Shown in pieces: positions 10,621 through 20,027 of a DNA stretch of 32,871 bases. The notes under the pieces were generated by a model that saw only the letters and a list, made by a program, of their open reading frames with translations, was not told the origin of the DNA and searched no databases. Source of the DNA: Candidatus Fraserbacteria bacterium (GTDB taxonomy: Bacteria > Bipolaricaulota > Bipolaricaulia > RBG-16-55-9); contig JBBIOR010000019.1 of NCBI GenBank assembly GCA_037443265.1, positions 1 through 32,871 on the forward strand, read 5' to 3'. The number at the start of each line of letters is the position of its first letter. Position 1 is the first letter of the stretch. Position numbers and translations under genes: made by a program.

Positions 10621-11160
10621 TCACGATCCCTCCAGCTTCTTGATGGGAATAGGGAAGGCCCGGCGCACGTCATAGAAGACTTTGATGGCCCGGCCGCCCA
10701 CGTCGAAGAGCACCCGTGCCCGCCCCACGACCTCGAGCTGGCCCCCTCCAGAGTCGAGCAGCTCCCTCAGGCGCTCGGCCTTCTTGGCCCATAGCACCGC
10801 GGCCAGCGGCACCCGCCGCTCATCCCCTCGGGCCGCCACCGGATAACGCCCCTCTTGGATCGAGTAGGCCCCGGCATACTCCCCTTCGAGATAGAGCTGG
10901 GTGTTTAGCGCCTCAACCGCCAGCGGCCACGCCGAGCCGTTGCGCACAAGCGCCTCAAAATGGAGCGTCACCTTCTCGCCCTCGTCCTCCAGCTTCTCAG
11001 ACCACAAGAGCTCTATTTCTACGTCTTCGGACCCCTCAAGGAAGCTCACGTAGCGGCTCTCGGTCTCGATGACGAAGAGGGCCGCTAGCAGGGCGATTGC
11101 AAGAGCGCTGAGCCACAGGACCAAGTCCTTCTCGCCCTTAGGCCTCGTAGCAGGCGACAT
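10621..11160 (-). CDS. membrane-anchored LEA_2-like beta-sandwich protein
   Basis: N-terminal TM, then F...V.N.S..PL.V..L...LYL.G.Y.G pattern. Start is ATG 11160 or TTG 11124. Confidence 0.6.
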   Translation of the reverse strand: MSPATRPKGEKDLVLWLSALAIALLAALFVIETESRYVSFLEGSEDVEIELLWSEKLEDEGEKVTLHFEALVRNGSAWPLAVEALNTQLYLEGEYAGAYSIQEGRYPVAARGDERRVPLAAVLWAKKAERLRELLDSGGGQLEVVGRARVLFDVGGRAIKVFYDVRRAFPIPIKKLEGS

Positions 11161-12124
11161 GGCGGCCGGCCTTCTCCTCCAGGGGCGGATGGTCGTGAGT
11201 GCGGCAGTACTCCGTAGCGATGGGGCAGCGGTCATAGAAGCGGCAGCGCGGCGGGGGATCGGCCAGGCTGGGCACCTCGCCCTTAAGAGCCACCGGCGGA
11301 CGCCCCCTCTCCGGGTCGGGGACGGGCACGGCCGAAATCAGCGCCTTCGTGTAGGGATGCAGAGGGTTTTGAATGACGGCCTCCGTGGGACCCAGCTCCA
11401 CAATCTTGCCCAGGTACATGACGGCAATGCGATCGCACATGTAGCGGGCCACAGCCAGATCGTGCGTGATGTAGAGATAGCTGATGCCGAATTCCTTCTG
11501 GAGATCTCTCATCAGCTTCATCACGCCCGTCCGGATGGACACATCCAGCATGGAAGTCGGCTCATCGGCCACGATGAAGCTGGGGTTGATGATCATGGCC
11601 CGGGCGATGGCCACTCTTTGCCTCTGGCCCCCCGACAGCTCATGGGGGTACCGGAACAGGAAGCTCTCCGCCGGGCTTAAGCCTACTAGTTCGAGCATCT
11701 GGGCCACGCGCGCCTCCCGCTCCAGGACCGTCCCGATCCCTTGTACCTTGAGTGGCTCGGAGACGATCTGAAAGATCGTATGCCGGGGATTGAGCGACCC
11801 ATAGGGGTCTTGGAAGATCATCTGGACGGTGCGGTGGAATTGCTTCAGCTCCCGCCCCTCCAGCTGAGCGATATCCTTCCCGTTGAGATAGATATGGCCG
11901 CTGGTGGGCTTAAGCAGCCGGACGAGGAGTTTTCCGGTGGTAGTCTTGCCGCAGCCGCTCTCCCCCACCAAGCCCAGGGTCTCCTGGGGCCGGATCTCGA
12001 AGCTCACCCCATCGACGGCGTGGATGAACTCTCTCGCCCTCCGGAAGAGCCCCTTCTGCACTGGGAAGAGTTTCGCGAGATTCTCGACGCGCAAGAGCGT
12101 TTCCGCAGCCACTTTGACCGCCAT
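11138..12124 (-). CDS. oligopeptide/dipeptide ABC transporter ATPase (OppF/DppF-like)
   Basis: [23 protein letters not shown]-terminal CRF..RC...C...ACY. Confidence 0.95.
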   Translation of the reverse strand: MAVKVAAETLLRVENLAKLFPVQKGLFRRAREFIHAVDGVSFEIRPQETLGLVGESGCGKTTTGKLLVRLLKPTSGHIYLNGKDIAQLEGRELKQFHRTVQMIFQDPYGSLNPRHTIFQIVSEPLKVQGIGTVLEREARVAQMLELVGLSPAESFLFRYPHELSGGQRQRVAIARAMIINPSFIVADEPTSMLDVSIRTGVMKLMRDLQKEFGISYLYITHDLAVARYMCDRIAVMYLGKIVELGPTEAVIQNPLHPYTKALISAVPVPDPERGRPPVALKGEVPSLADPPPRCRFYDRCPIATEYCRTHDHPPLEEKAGRHVACYEA

Positions 12125-12128
12125 CGCA

Positions 12129-13118
12129 TCACCCAGCTCTGGCCCTTAGGGTCTCTCTCTTCTGGAGGAGAGGATGCCAGCAGGCAGCTAAGTGAGTGCT
12201 CTCAAAGGGCTCCAACAGGGGCTCTTGCTTCTGGCAGAGCTCTGTGGCATAGGGGCAGCGCGGGTGGAAGCGGCAGCCTGGGGGCGGACTCAGCAGATTG
12301 GGCGGCTCCCCTGGCACGATCAAGAGCTCCTGCTTCTCCCCGTGGAGGCGGGGGAAGGCTGACATGAGCGCGGCGGTATAGGGATGATGCGGGCTCTTGA
12401 AGATAGCCGCCGTCGGGCCGATCTCCACCAGCTTGCCCGCGTACATCACGCCCACCCGATCGGAGACCTCCGCGATCACGCCCACGTCATGGGAGATATA
12501 AATGACGCTCATGTCAAGCCTCTTGCGAATCTCGTCCAGCTGAGCGAGGATGCGGTCCTGAACGATCACGTCTAGGGCGGTTGTGGGCTCATCGGCAATG
12601 ATCACATCGGGATTAGAGGCCAGCGCCATGGCGATCACAGCCCGTTGACGCATCCCGCCGCTCATCTCATGCGGATAGCGGTCGATGAGATCTGGGCTCA
12701 TCCCCACCAGCTGGAAGAGCTCGGCCACCCGCTCCCTGGCTGCCTCAGGAGAGATCGTCGGCTCATGGGTGCGCATGGCTTCTACGATCTGCTCCCCGAC
12801 CCTATAGACGGGATCGAGTGAGTTCATCGCCGCTTGGAAGATCATGGAGATCCCCTTCCAGCGGACTCTTCTCATCTCCTCCTCCGGCAGCGCAAGAAGA
12901 TCCCGCTCCTTGAAGAAGATCTGGCCTTCGAGGTAGGCGTTCTCGGGCAGAAGGCGCATGATAGCCAGCGCCAGAGTAGTCTTACCGCAGCCGGACTCTC
13001 CTACGATGCCCAGGGCCTCGCCGCGCTCCAGCGTGAACGAGACGTTGTCCACGGCGTTGACTTCGCCGCGCTTCGTGCGATAGTGGAGGGTGAGATGGCG
13101 TACTTCAAGAAGAGCCAT
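12129..13118 (-). CDS. oligopeptide/dipeptide ABC transporter ATPase (OppD/DppD-like)
   Basis: [34 protein letters not shown]. Confidence 0.95.
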   Translation of the reverse strand: MALLEVRHLTLHYRTKRGEVNAVDNVSFTLERGEALGIVGESGCGKTTLALAIMRLLPENAYLEGQIFFKERDLLALPEEEMRRVRWKGISMIFQAAMNSLDPVYRVGEQIVEAMRTHEPTISPEAARERVAELFQLVGMSPDLIDRYPHEMSGGMRQRAVIAMALASNPDVIIADEPTTALDVIVQDRILAQLDEIRKRLDMSVIYISHDVGVIAEVSDRVGVMYAGKLVEIGPTAAIFKSPHHPYTAALMSAFPRLHGEKQELLIVPGEPPNLLSPPPGCRFHPRCPYATELCQKQEPLLEPFESTHLAACWHPLLQKRETLRARAG

Positions 13119-13120
13119 GC

Positions 13121-14086
13121 CTAGATCTTCCTCAGCCTGGGGTTGACGATCTCATCGAGGCCTCTTCCCACGAAATAGAAGGCAGCACACAAGGCGGTGA
13201 TCGAAAGCGAGGCCGGGAAGAAGAGCCACCAGGCCTGCGTGATCCCCGCACCGGTCAGATAGCCCGCCTCATAGGCCATCTGCACCATCAGCCCCCAGCT
13301 CATGTTGACGTTGATGACCCCAAAGAAGCTGAGCACCGCCTCGGAGAAGATGGCGTTGGTGACGTTGAACATCATGTAGAGAAAGCTCAGGGGCAGAAGA
13401 TTGGGGATGATGTGGCTGAAGATGACATGGAGGCTGCTGCCGCCGGAGACCTTGGCGGCCTCGATGAAGGGCTTCACTTGAATGGAAAGGGCTTGAGATT
13501 TGAGCACAATGGTGATGGTGCCGAAGCCGTAAAGCACCCCCAAGACCAAGACGAAGCTCCACAGAGAGAGGGGAAAGATGGCGCTAAGAAGAATCAAGAA
13601 GGCAATGGGGGGGAACATGATCATCACGTCGGCCGTCCTCATGAAGAAAGTATCGACGAAGCCGCCGTAGTAGGCGCTAATAGCCGCCACGAAGGTCCCG
13701 ATGATGACAGTGATCAGCGCGGCCATCACCCCGAGGAAGAACTCGGTGCGTGCGCTGTAGGCCAGCTGAGAGAAGACATCCCTTCCCCAAGGGTCGGTGC
13801 CCAGAAGGTGTCGGAGCGAAGGCGGGGCGGGGTTCTGGCCCCCGGCCTTGATGACCTCCCAGTCGAAGCCGTGGACGGGATCATAGACCTGCCGGTCCCA
13901 GACGGTGGCCATCAGGATGGGATGAGAGATGGAGAGCAACCCGAAGAAGGCAATGATAAAGAGCCCGATCAGGCCAATTTTAGATTCTTTAAAGAGCTCC
14001 CAGTTGGCGGCAAGACTGCGGCGCCATAGCCGCAGCCGGGCATGCCAGGGCGACTCCAGTGGGCGAAGGCTGGCAGCCTCAGTCAT
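13121..14086 (-). CDS. peptide ABC transporter permease (OppC-like)
   Basis: HLLGTDPWGRDV, EAAKVSG, NPRLR. ATG 14086 overlaps the upstream permease end. Confidence 0.93.
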   Translation of the reverse strand: MTEAASLRPLESPWHARLRLWRRSLAANWELFKESKIGLIGLFIIAFFGLLSISHPILMATVWDRQVYDPVHGFDWEVIKAGGQNPAPPSLRHLLGTDPWGRDVFSQLAYSARTEFFLGVMAALITVIIGTFVAAISAYYGGFVDTFFMRTADVMIMFPPIAFLILLSAIFPLSLWSFVLVLGVLYGFGTITIVLKSQALSIQVKPFIEAAKVSGGSSLHVIFSHIIPNLLPLSFLYMMFNVTNAIFSEAVLSFFGVINVNMSWGLMVQMAYEAGYLTGAGITQAWWLFFPASLSITALCAAFYFVGRGLDEIVNPRLRKI

Positions 14087-15236
14087 AGCGGATGCGCGGG
14101 TCCAGATAGGCATAGAGGAGATCCACCAGGAAGTGGGCCAAGACGGCGAACAGGCCGGTGAAGACGAAGGTGCCGATGGCCAGTGGCAGATCCTTCTGGT
14201 CCACGGCCTCCAAGAGCGTCAGGCCCATGCCCGGCCAGGAGAAGACCCGCTCGATGATCACCCCCCCATCGACCACGAAGGCCAACGCGAGCGCAAAACT
14301 GGTTACCAGCGGCAGGAGCGCATTGCGCGCCGCGTGCTTGTCCCGCACCACTTTGTCCGGCAGGCCCTTGGCCTTGGCCGCCAGCACGAAGTCCTCCTTG
14401 ACCACCTCGAGCATGCTGTCGCGCATCAGCAGCATGTAGCCTCCAAAGCCGATGAGCGTCAGCGTGACGACCGGCAGCACCATATGCCACAAGATATCCC
14501 GCGCCAGAAGCCCATAGAGCGTGTTCGTCAGTAGATACCCTAGGCCCCCCAGCACCAGGGCGACGGCTCCCAGATGGAAGGCCAGCCGCGCCCTCGGAGG
14601 CAGCCGGAGCCGCCGGCCCACCAGAAAGACCCCCAGCAAGAACACAACAGCCCCTCCACCCACCAGCAGCATCTGATGGAAGACCTCATTGGCCCCGACC
14701 TCATACTTCCGCCACAGCAGAGGATCGAGGAACTTGCCCAAGGGCAGCCAGCCCAGCTTGAAGCCAAAGATCCAGATGAGCAGCAGCCCGAACCAGGGCG
14801 AATAGATCGTCCACAGCGTCACGCCGGTGATGGTGGCCGAGTAATCGAGCCATCCCCCACGCCTCCAGGCGATCAGCTTGCCCAAGTAATAAGCCATAGC
14901 GAAGTAGATGAGCGTGGCCGCCAGAAAGAGGGTGGCCGTGCGGGGCAGCCGCTCCCGGATGATATCCCAGACCGGCCGCGGGTAGTTGCTATGGGAGATC
15001 CCCAGATTGCCGATGATCAAGTTCCGCAGGAAGTTCCCATATTGGATATGGAGGGGCTGGTCCAGCCCCAGCCGCTGCTTGAGCGCCTCGCGCGCCTCCG
15101 GCGGAATCCTCTGGTTCTCAATGTAGACCTGCGAAATATCCCCCGGCTTCAACGCCACGATGAAGAAGACGATCGTGGCAAAAATATACATCGTGAAGAT
15201 GATCTGCACGATCCGCTTGAGCACGTATCTCTTCAT
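14079..15236 (-). CDS. peptide ABC transporter permease (OppB-like)
   Basis: GLDQPLHIQY, AKAKGL, HAARNALLP, FSWPGMG, LDPRIR. Confidence 0.93.
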   Translation of the reverse strand: MKRYVLKRIVQIIFTMYIFATIVFFIVALKPGDISQVYIENQRIPPEAREALKQRLGLDQPLHIQYGNFLRNLIIGNLGISHSNYPRPVWDIIRERLPRTATLFLAATLIYFAMAYYLGKLIAWRRGGWLDYSATITGVTLWTIYSPWFGLLLIWIFGFKLGWLPLGKFLDPLLWRKYEVGANEVFHQMLLVGGGAVVFLLGVFLVGRRLRLPPRARLAFHLGAVALVLGGLGYLLTNTLYGLLARDILWHMVLPVVTLTLIGFGGYMLLMRDSMLEVVKEDFVLAAKAKGLPDKVVRDKHAARNALLPLVTSFALALAFVVDGGVIIERVFSWPGMGLTLLEAVDQKDLPLAIGTFVFTGLFAVLAHFLVDLLYAYLDPRIRYD

Positions 15237-15270
15237 GCAGCATTCCTCTTAATCTGCCGGGATTCTTGCT

Positions 15271-15299
15271 ACCATAGCAGCCGCTCGGGCGAATTTCAA
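15271..15299 (-). promoter_or_regulatory. internal promoter for the permease/ATPase genes
   Basis: TTGAAA-17-TATGGT with extended -10 TG. Confidence 0.6.
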
Positions 15300-15320
15300 G
15301 CGGCCCACAGCCAGAGAGAG

Positions 15321-15369
15321 AAAAAGAAAAGAAGAAGAGGTCCGGGAGGCGGTGAACCCCCCGGACCTC
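15321..15369 (-). terminator. intrinsic terminator after the solute-binding protein gene
   Basis: GAGGTCCGGG...CCCGGACCTC stem followed by TTCTTCTTTTCTTTTT. Confidence 0.85.
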
Positions 15370-15380
15370 CTTCCCATGGC

Positions 15381-17255
15381 CTACTGAGACTTCTGGACGA
15401 ACTCTCGGAAGCCTGCAGCACTCTGCAGACCATCGAGGATCGGCAGGTTCTCCAGGCCTTGCCAGGTGATGCGGTCCGCCCGGAAGGCATCGTGCTGCTG
15501 CACGTAATGCGTAGGCACGTAGGCGAACCACTCAAAGATGGCCAGGCGCTGCAGCTCACGGGCGATCTCCTGGGCCTTGGTGGCATCCTGCTCGGCCAGG
15601 AACTGATCCGCCAGCTGGTCATACTGATCTTGACAGCCGGTGGCCGCGTTATCTAAAGCGCTGCAGACGCCACCCTGAGGCGAGTCCCCACCCGGCTCGG
15701 TGTTGCGGCTGTGGAAGAAGGCCTCCAAGTAGCCGGGGAAGACACCCAGACCCCAACCCAGCTGCCACATGTCGAAGTCCTGCTCGTCGAAGACGAGCGT
15801 GACGATGTTGTTGAAGCCGGCGGGCACATCGCGCACCGGCACGCCCAGCTTGCTCAGGCGGTCCACGATGTGCAGGCCGAAGATGTTGCGGTTGTTGTCA
15901 TAGGCGGCGTTGGGGTGCAGAAGCTCCAGCTCGGTGATGTCAGCGCCCGCGGGGTCCTTGATAAGGCGTCCCCGCGCATCAAACTGGAAGCCGGCATCTT
16001 GTAGGAGCTGGCGGGCGCGCGCCAGCCGATCCTGCTCGCTCAGGCCCACGCAGACCTTGTCCAGATCTTCTTTGGTCGGCGTCCGGTGCCAGAAGGTGTT
16101 GCCGGGCGGCACCGGGCTGTAGGCCGGGATGACCAAGCCGCCCAACAGCTGATTGGCCACGAACTCCTTGTCGATGACGCAGGCCACAGCCTGGCGGAAG
16201 GCCACGTAGCTGAAGGGGCTCTTGCGCATGTTGAAGCTCAAGTAGAAGAGGCCGTTGGCCGCGTTCTTGACCACCTTGACGCCCGGGGTGGACTCCAGCT
16301 GATCGAGGGTGGCGCGGCCATAGCCCAGCGGGTTGAAGTGGTAATCCGCATCCCCACTGACCACGGCCAGAGCCGCCGCACTCTGGGAGCCAAAGATGTT
16401 GTAGACGACCGCGTCCACGAAGGGGCCTTCGGTGTACTCCAGCTGCACCGGGCCGCTCGTGTCCCCTGAGGTGCGGGTCAGGCCCCCGAGGTTAGCGGGG
16501 AGGATCTCGGTGGTTCCGCCGGTCTCGTGCTGGCGGAAGACCCGGCCCCGGAAGGAGTAGCCGGAGTTGGCCGACACCTCGGCGAAGGCTCCCGGCTCCC
16601 AGCGCTTGCTGATGAAGGGTCCGGAGGTGGGCTCCCCAGCGCACTCCACCGCAGCCAGAGTGGCCACCGGGTCGGCACTGGCCAGAGCCTCCTTAAACTT
16701 GGGCTCCCAGAAATTCTTCTGGAAGATGTCCCAGCCGAAGAGGGTGGCTTCCTCCACCAGACCCGGCTTATCCGTCAGGGCCACGGTGATCTGCGTGGGG
16801 CTGTCGACCGTGATGCCCACGAACTTGTCCCAGATGGGCGAGGCCCAGCCTCCGCCCAGCTCCAGAGAGAGCGTGCGCCCCGAGGGCAGCTTGGTGGCAA
16901 AGGCATTGAAGGTGAAGGCGATGTCCTCCGGCGTCACATCGGTGCCATCACTCCACTTGACGCCGGAGAGCAACTTGACGGTGGCCACCCAGCGATCGCC
17001 CTGCTGGGTCCAGGGGGTGGAATCGACGGTCAGCAGGTTGGTGGAGGGGTGAGTGCCTGCCCAGACGTAGAAGTTCCAGACCGTGTTATTGGCGCCGGTG
17101 CTCGCCGAAAGCGAGCAGAAGACGCCCTTTAGATCCGAGTGCATGGCGGTGACAAACACTTTCCCCGCCTGCGCGCCGGCCGTGGGGCTCACTCCCATCC
17201 CGAGAGCCGCCACCGCCGCCAGTAACAAACCCACGAGATACCATCTGACTTTCAT
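15381..17255 (-). CDS. ABC transporter substrate-binding protein, family 5 (OppA/DppA-like)
   Basis: Signal peptide, KWSDG...T.EDIAFT, SGPF, FRQAVAC.IDK, ARQLLQDAGF. RBS run AAGGAGGAGGAGGAG. Confidence 0.92.
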   Translation of the reverse strand: MKVRWYLVGLLLAAVAALGMGVSPTAGAQAGKVFVTAMHSDLKGVFCSLSASTGANNTVWNFYVWAGTHPSTNLLTVDSTPWTQQGDRWVATVKLLSGVKWSDGTDVTPEDIAFTFNAFATKLPSGRTLSLELGGGWASPIWDKFVGITVDSPTQITVALTDKPGLVEEATLFGWDIFQKNFWEPKFKEALASADPVATLAAVECAGEPTSGPFISKRWEPGAFAEVSANSGYSFRGRVFRQHETGGTTEILPANLGGLTRTSGDTSGPVQLEYTEGPFVDAVVYNIFGSQSAAALAVVSGDADYHFNPLGYGRATLDQLESTPGVKVVKNAANGLFYLSFNMRKSPFSYVAFRQAVACVIDKEFVANQLLGGLVIPAYSPVPPGNTFWHRTPTKEDLDKVCVGLSEQDRLARARQLLQDAGFQFDARGRLIKDPAGADITELELLHPNAAYDNNRNIFGLHIVDRLSKLGVPVRDVPAGFNNIVTLVFDEQDFDMWQLGWGLGVFPGYLEAFFHSRNTEPGGDSPQGGVCSALDNAATGCQDQYDQLADQFLAEQDATKAQEIARELQRLAIFEWFAYVPTHYVQQHDAFRADRITWQGLENLPILDGLQSAAGFREFVQKSQ

Positions 17256-17308
17256 CTCCTCCTCCTCCTCCTTCTTCCTTCTCTATATATATGTGGAGTT
17301 GCGAGCGT

Positions 17309-17317
17309 ATTTTAGCA
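17309..17317 (-). promoter_or_regulatory. extended -10 promoter of the SBP gene
   Basis: TGCTAAAAT, with no clear -35. Confidence 0.45.
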
Positions 17318-17348
17318 TGCCCGTTCCCAACTCTGACACCCTCCCGGC

Positions 17349-18527
17349 TTAGGGGTAGGCAGGCAGGTCGAAGATCCGGATTAAGAGCGCTCCCGCCTGG
17401 CTGCGCGTGCCTCCCTCCCAGAAGACCGCCAGCCGGTCATTGTCATTCGAGACTGCTATCGCCCGGATCGGCTTCGCATCAGAGGCCGGACCCACCGGCG
17501 GCCCCGCTATCGTGATGGTGTCTATTACCTTGCCGTTTTGGGTGTTGATGACGCTGACGGTGTTGTCAAAGGCATTGGATACGAAGATCACGGAATCGTA
17601 GGAGCCTACCGCCAGCCGGACTGGCAGATTCCCTACCGAGGAGCTCCAAGCCTGGCGCAGCGTGCAACCGTTGGCTGAGAGCACAATAGCCTGATTCTGG
17701 TTCGTGTTATTCACATAGACGCGATTTCCATCGGGATTGGCTACTACCACGCTAAGACCGCTGGTTTCGATGTCGACGGTGCTCTGGATCTTAGGCGTGC
17801 GCCCTGTCAGATCCAGACAGAGGCTCTGCCGCCCGAAGACGTTGAGCACAAAGGCATGCGATCTGCCTACCATGGCGATGCTGCCCGGCCCATCCGGCCC
17901 TTCGGCTTTATCCGTCGAGATGGAGCCCTTGACCGCCCCGCTCTTGGCATCCAGCAGGGTGAGCACGTTCGACTTGGAGCTGGCCACCAGGAGCGTGCCT
18001 CCGTCGAACTCTGTTAGCTTCACGTCTACGGGAGCATCCGGAACGGACGTCTGCCAGACGACCACTGGCTTCTTCTGCTTGAGGGACTCATTGATGTCCA
18101 CCTTGGTGACGGTGTTGAGGAAGAAGTCGGGCAGGTAGGCGAAGTTGCAGGCGGCATCGAGGTCGATGCCCGGTGTGCCGCGAGGTCCCATCCCTGGCGG
18201 AAAGCCATTGGCCGCGCTGAAGAGGATCTCCCCGTCGATCTTAGGCGTGCTCCCGGCCTTAAAGCCCACAATGCGATAGAGTCGCAGGAAGTCGGCCGCA
18301 CCTCTTCCGGCTCCGGCCACCCAGGCGGTACCCGCCGCAGCCGCCGGCCCCATCTGACAGACGTAGATGTCCTCGGCCGAGTAGAGGTTGGTGTTGAGAT
18401 TGGTGAGTAGGGTCGCGCCTTTGGGCGACGCCGCTTGGCCCTGGGAGATCGCCGGCTGGGAAGCCCAGACCCCCAAGGTTAAGAGGATCAATCCGGCTAC
18501 TAGCACATAGCGCCAACTGCTTTTCAT
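17349..18527 (-). CDS. secreted YVTN/YncE-type beta-propeller protein
   Basis: Signal peptide, repeats NPDGNRVYVNN and IFVSNAFDNTVSVINT. Confidence 0.8.
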   Translation of the reverse strand: MKSSWRYVLVAGLILLTLGVWASQPAISQGQAASPKGATLLTNLNTNLYSAEDIYVCQMGPAAAAGTAWVAGAGRGAADFLRLYRIVGFKAGSTPKIDGEILFSAANGFPPGMGPRGTPGIDLDAACNFAYLPDFFLNTVTKVDINESLKQKKPVVVWQTSVPDAPVDVKLTEFDGGTLLVASSKSNVLTLLDAKSGAVKGSISTDKAEGPDGPGSIAMVGRSHAFVLNVFGRQSLCLDLTGRTPKIQSTVDIETSGLSVVVANPDGNRVYVNNTNQNQAIVLSANGCTLRQAWSSSVGNLPVRLAVGSYDSVIFVSNAFDNTVSVINTQNGKVIDTITIAGPPVGPASDAKPIRAIAVSNDNDRLAVFWEGGTRSQAGALLIRIFDLPAYP

Positions 18528-18642
18528 GAGATTTTGAACCCCCCTTCGATTTTTAAACGGTTCGAGATGAGTGATCCGATCCGTCTGCTGGGTCGATCTG
18601 CTCTTTCACCCCCCTTTTTTGACTCAGGTTTGAAGTGGCGTC

Positions 18643-18672
18643 ATTTTACAGTAAATAGGGGGCCTGCGTCAA
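18643..18672 (-). promoter_or_regulatory. sigma70 promoter of the YVTN protein
   Basis: TTGACG-18-TAAAAT. Confidence 0.7.
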
Positions 18673-18699
18673 GCCGTCCGTGGACAGAGCGTCTTTACT

Positions 18700-18729
18700 T
18701 TGACGGGGATAGTCGCCGGCTGTTATAAT
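18700..18729 (+). promoter_or_regulatory. sigma70 promoter of the FG-GAP protein
   Basis: TTGACG-18-TATAAT with extended -10 TG. Confidence 0.8.
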
Positions 18730-18764
18730 TCTGGTGCGAGCGAAAGGCCAAGAGGAGGAGCTGC

Positions 18765-19952
18765 ATGAAGATGAAGCTCGGGATTTACGGGGCCCTGACC
18801 CTGGGGCTCTTACTGACTGCCAATTCCACAACGTTGTTGGTTCAAGCGCCCGGCTCGCCTGTCCCTGTGGCAGGCCAAGCCCCCAAAGGCGCAGCCATCG
18901 CCGACCTCAATAGCGATGGCAAGTTGGATCTCGTTGTGGTCAGCACCTTCTGCCACCCGCAGCGCGAGAGCGGCTGCCAGCAGCTCCTTGAACAGGGAGA
19001 TAAGACCGGTCGCATCTCCCTGCTTCTCGGAGACGGCCGCGGAGCCTTTGCGGAGTTCTTTCGCTCCCAGACGATTCGCTCACCCTTCCCCGAGGGAACC
19101 AAACCCTTGGCGGTCGCCGTAGGCGACTTCAACCGGGACGGCAAGGCCGATGTGGCCCTGGCCTCCTCCGGCTCAGACCAGGTCATTGTGAGGCTGGGCT
19201 TTGGAGATGGGCAGCTCCTGCCAGCTCGTAATGCCCAGAGGATCAGCACCGGCTCCTCGGGCCAATCCCCCTCAGACGTGGTGGCGGCGGACCTCAACGG
19301 GGATGGCATAGATGACTTGGCCGCCACGGTGCTGGTGCGGGAGACCGTAGCCGTCATCATCAGCCGTGGCGACGGCACCTTTGCCGCGCCGACCCATCTC
19401 CCGATCGGCCCCGGTCCCCAAGCGCTCGTTGTGGCCGATTTCAACCAGGATGGAATGATAGATATCGCCACGGCCAACTTAAGCGATGAGAGATCCGTCT
19501 CTGTTCTATTGGGAACCGGCAGCTCCTTCCAGCAGGCCCGCCACATCGCCATAGGAGCCCTGCCCCGCTCGATCGCCGCGGCCGATTTCAACTCCGACGG
19601 ACAGCTCGATCTGGTCATCCCCAGCGCCGCCGACGACACGGTGATTGTGCTCCTCGGCGATGGGAGCGGTGGCTTTCGGGTCGGCGGGAGATTCCCCGCT
19701 GGCCCCGATCCGATCGACGTAGCCGCCGCAGATTTCAACCGGGACGGCAAGGCCGATGTGGCCGCGGTCAATGCCGAGGGCCTAGCTCTCCTCCTAGGCG
19801 ATGGAACGGGCCGGCTCAGCTTAAGTGATCAGCTGCCCGCCGGTCAGCTGCCGCTGCAACTGGCCGTCGGAGATCTCAATCGCGACGGCAAGCCGGACAT
19901 CGTGGTAGTGAACCAGGGCAGCAACGACGTCTCCGTCTATTTGGGGCAGTAA
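18765..19952 (+). CDS. secreted FG-GAP/VCBS repeat protein
   Basis: Seven D(F/L)N.DG..D repeats, signal peptide, RBS AGGAGGAG. Confidence 0.9.
   Translation: MKMKLGIYGALTLGLLLTANSTTLLVQAPGSPVPVAGQAPKGAAIADLNSDGKLDLVVVSTFCHPQRESGCQQLLEQGDKTGRISLLLGDGRGAFAEFFRSQTIRSPFPEGTKPLAVAVGDFNRDGKADVALASSGSDQVIVRLGFGDGQLLPARNAQRISTGSSGQSPSDVVAADLNGDGIDDLAATVLVRETVAVIISRGDGTFAAPTHLPIGPGPQALVVADFNQDGMIDIATANLSDERSVSVLLGTGSSFQQARHIAIGALPRSIAAADFNSDGQLDLVIPSAADDTVIVLLGDGSGGFRVGGRFPAGPDPIDVAAADFNRDGKADVAAVNAEGLALLLGDGTGRLSLSDQLPAGQLPLQLAVGDLNRDGKPDIVVVNQGSNDVSVYLGQ
19128..19763 (+). repeat. 30-bp identical intragenic repeat (19128-19157 and 19734-19763)
   Basis: TTCAACCGGGACGGCAAGGCCGATGTGGCC twice, encoding FNRDGKADVA. 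Confidence 0.85.
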
Positions 19953-19956
19953 AGCT

Positions 19957-19986
19957 TTGACCCATCTCGGACCCTTCTGCTATGAT
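19957..19986 (+). promoter_or_regulatory. promoter of the second SBP module
   Basis: TTGACC-18-TATGAT with extended -10 TG. Confidence 0.65.
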
Positions 19987-20027
19987 GGCCTCGCCTCACA
20001 GGCCTTGGAAAAGGGAGGTGTTGCCCT

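Noticed and set aside
18415..18892. Similar GQA(AS)PKGA sequence near the N-termini of both propeller proteins
   Set aside because: Short, and in the FG-GAP protein it is part of the normal G-x-x-P repeat; likely chance
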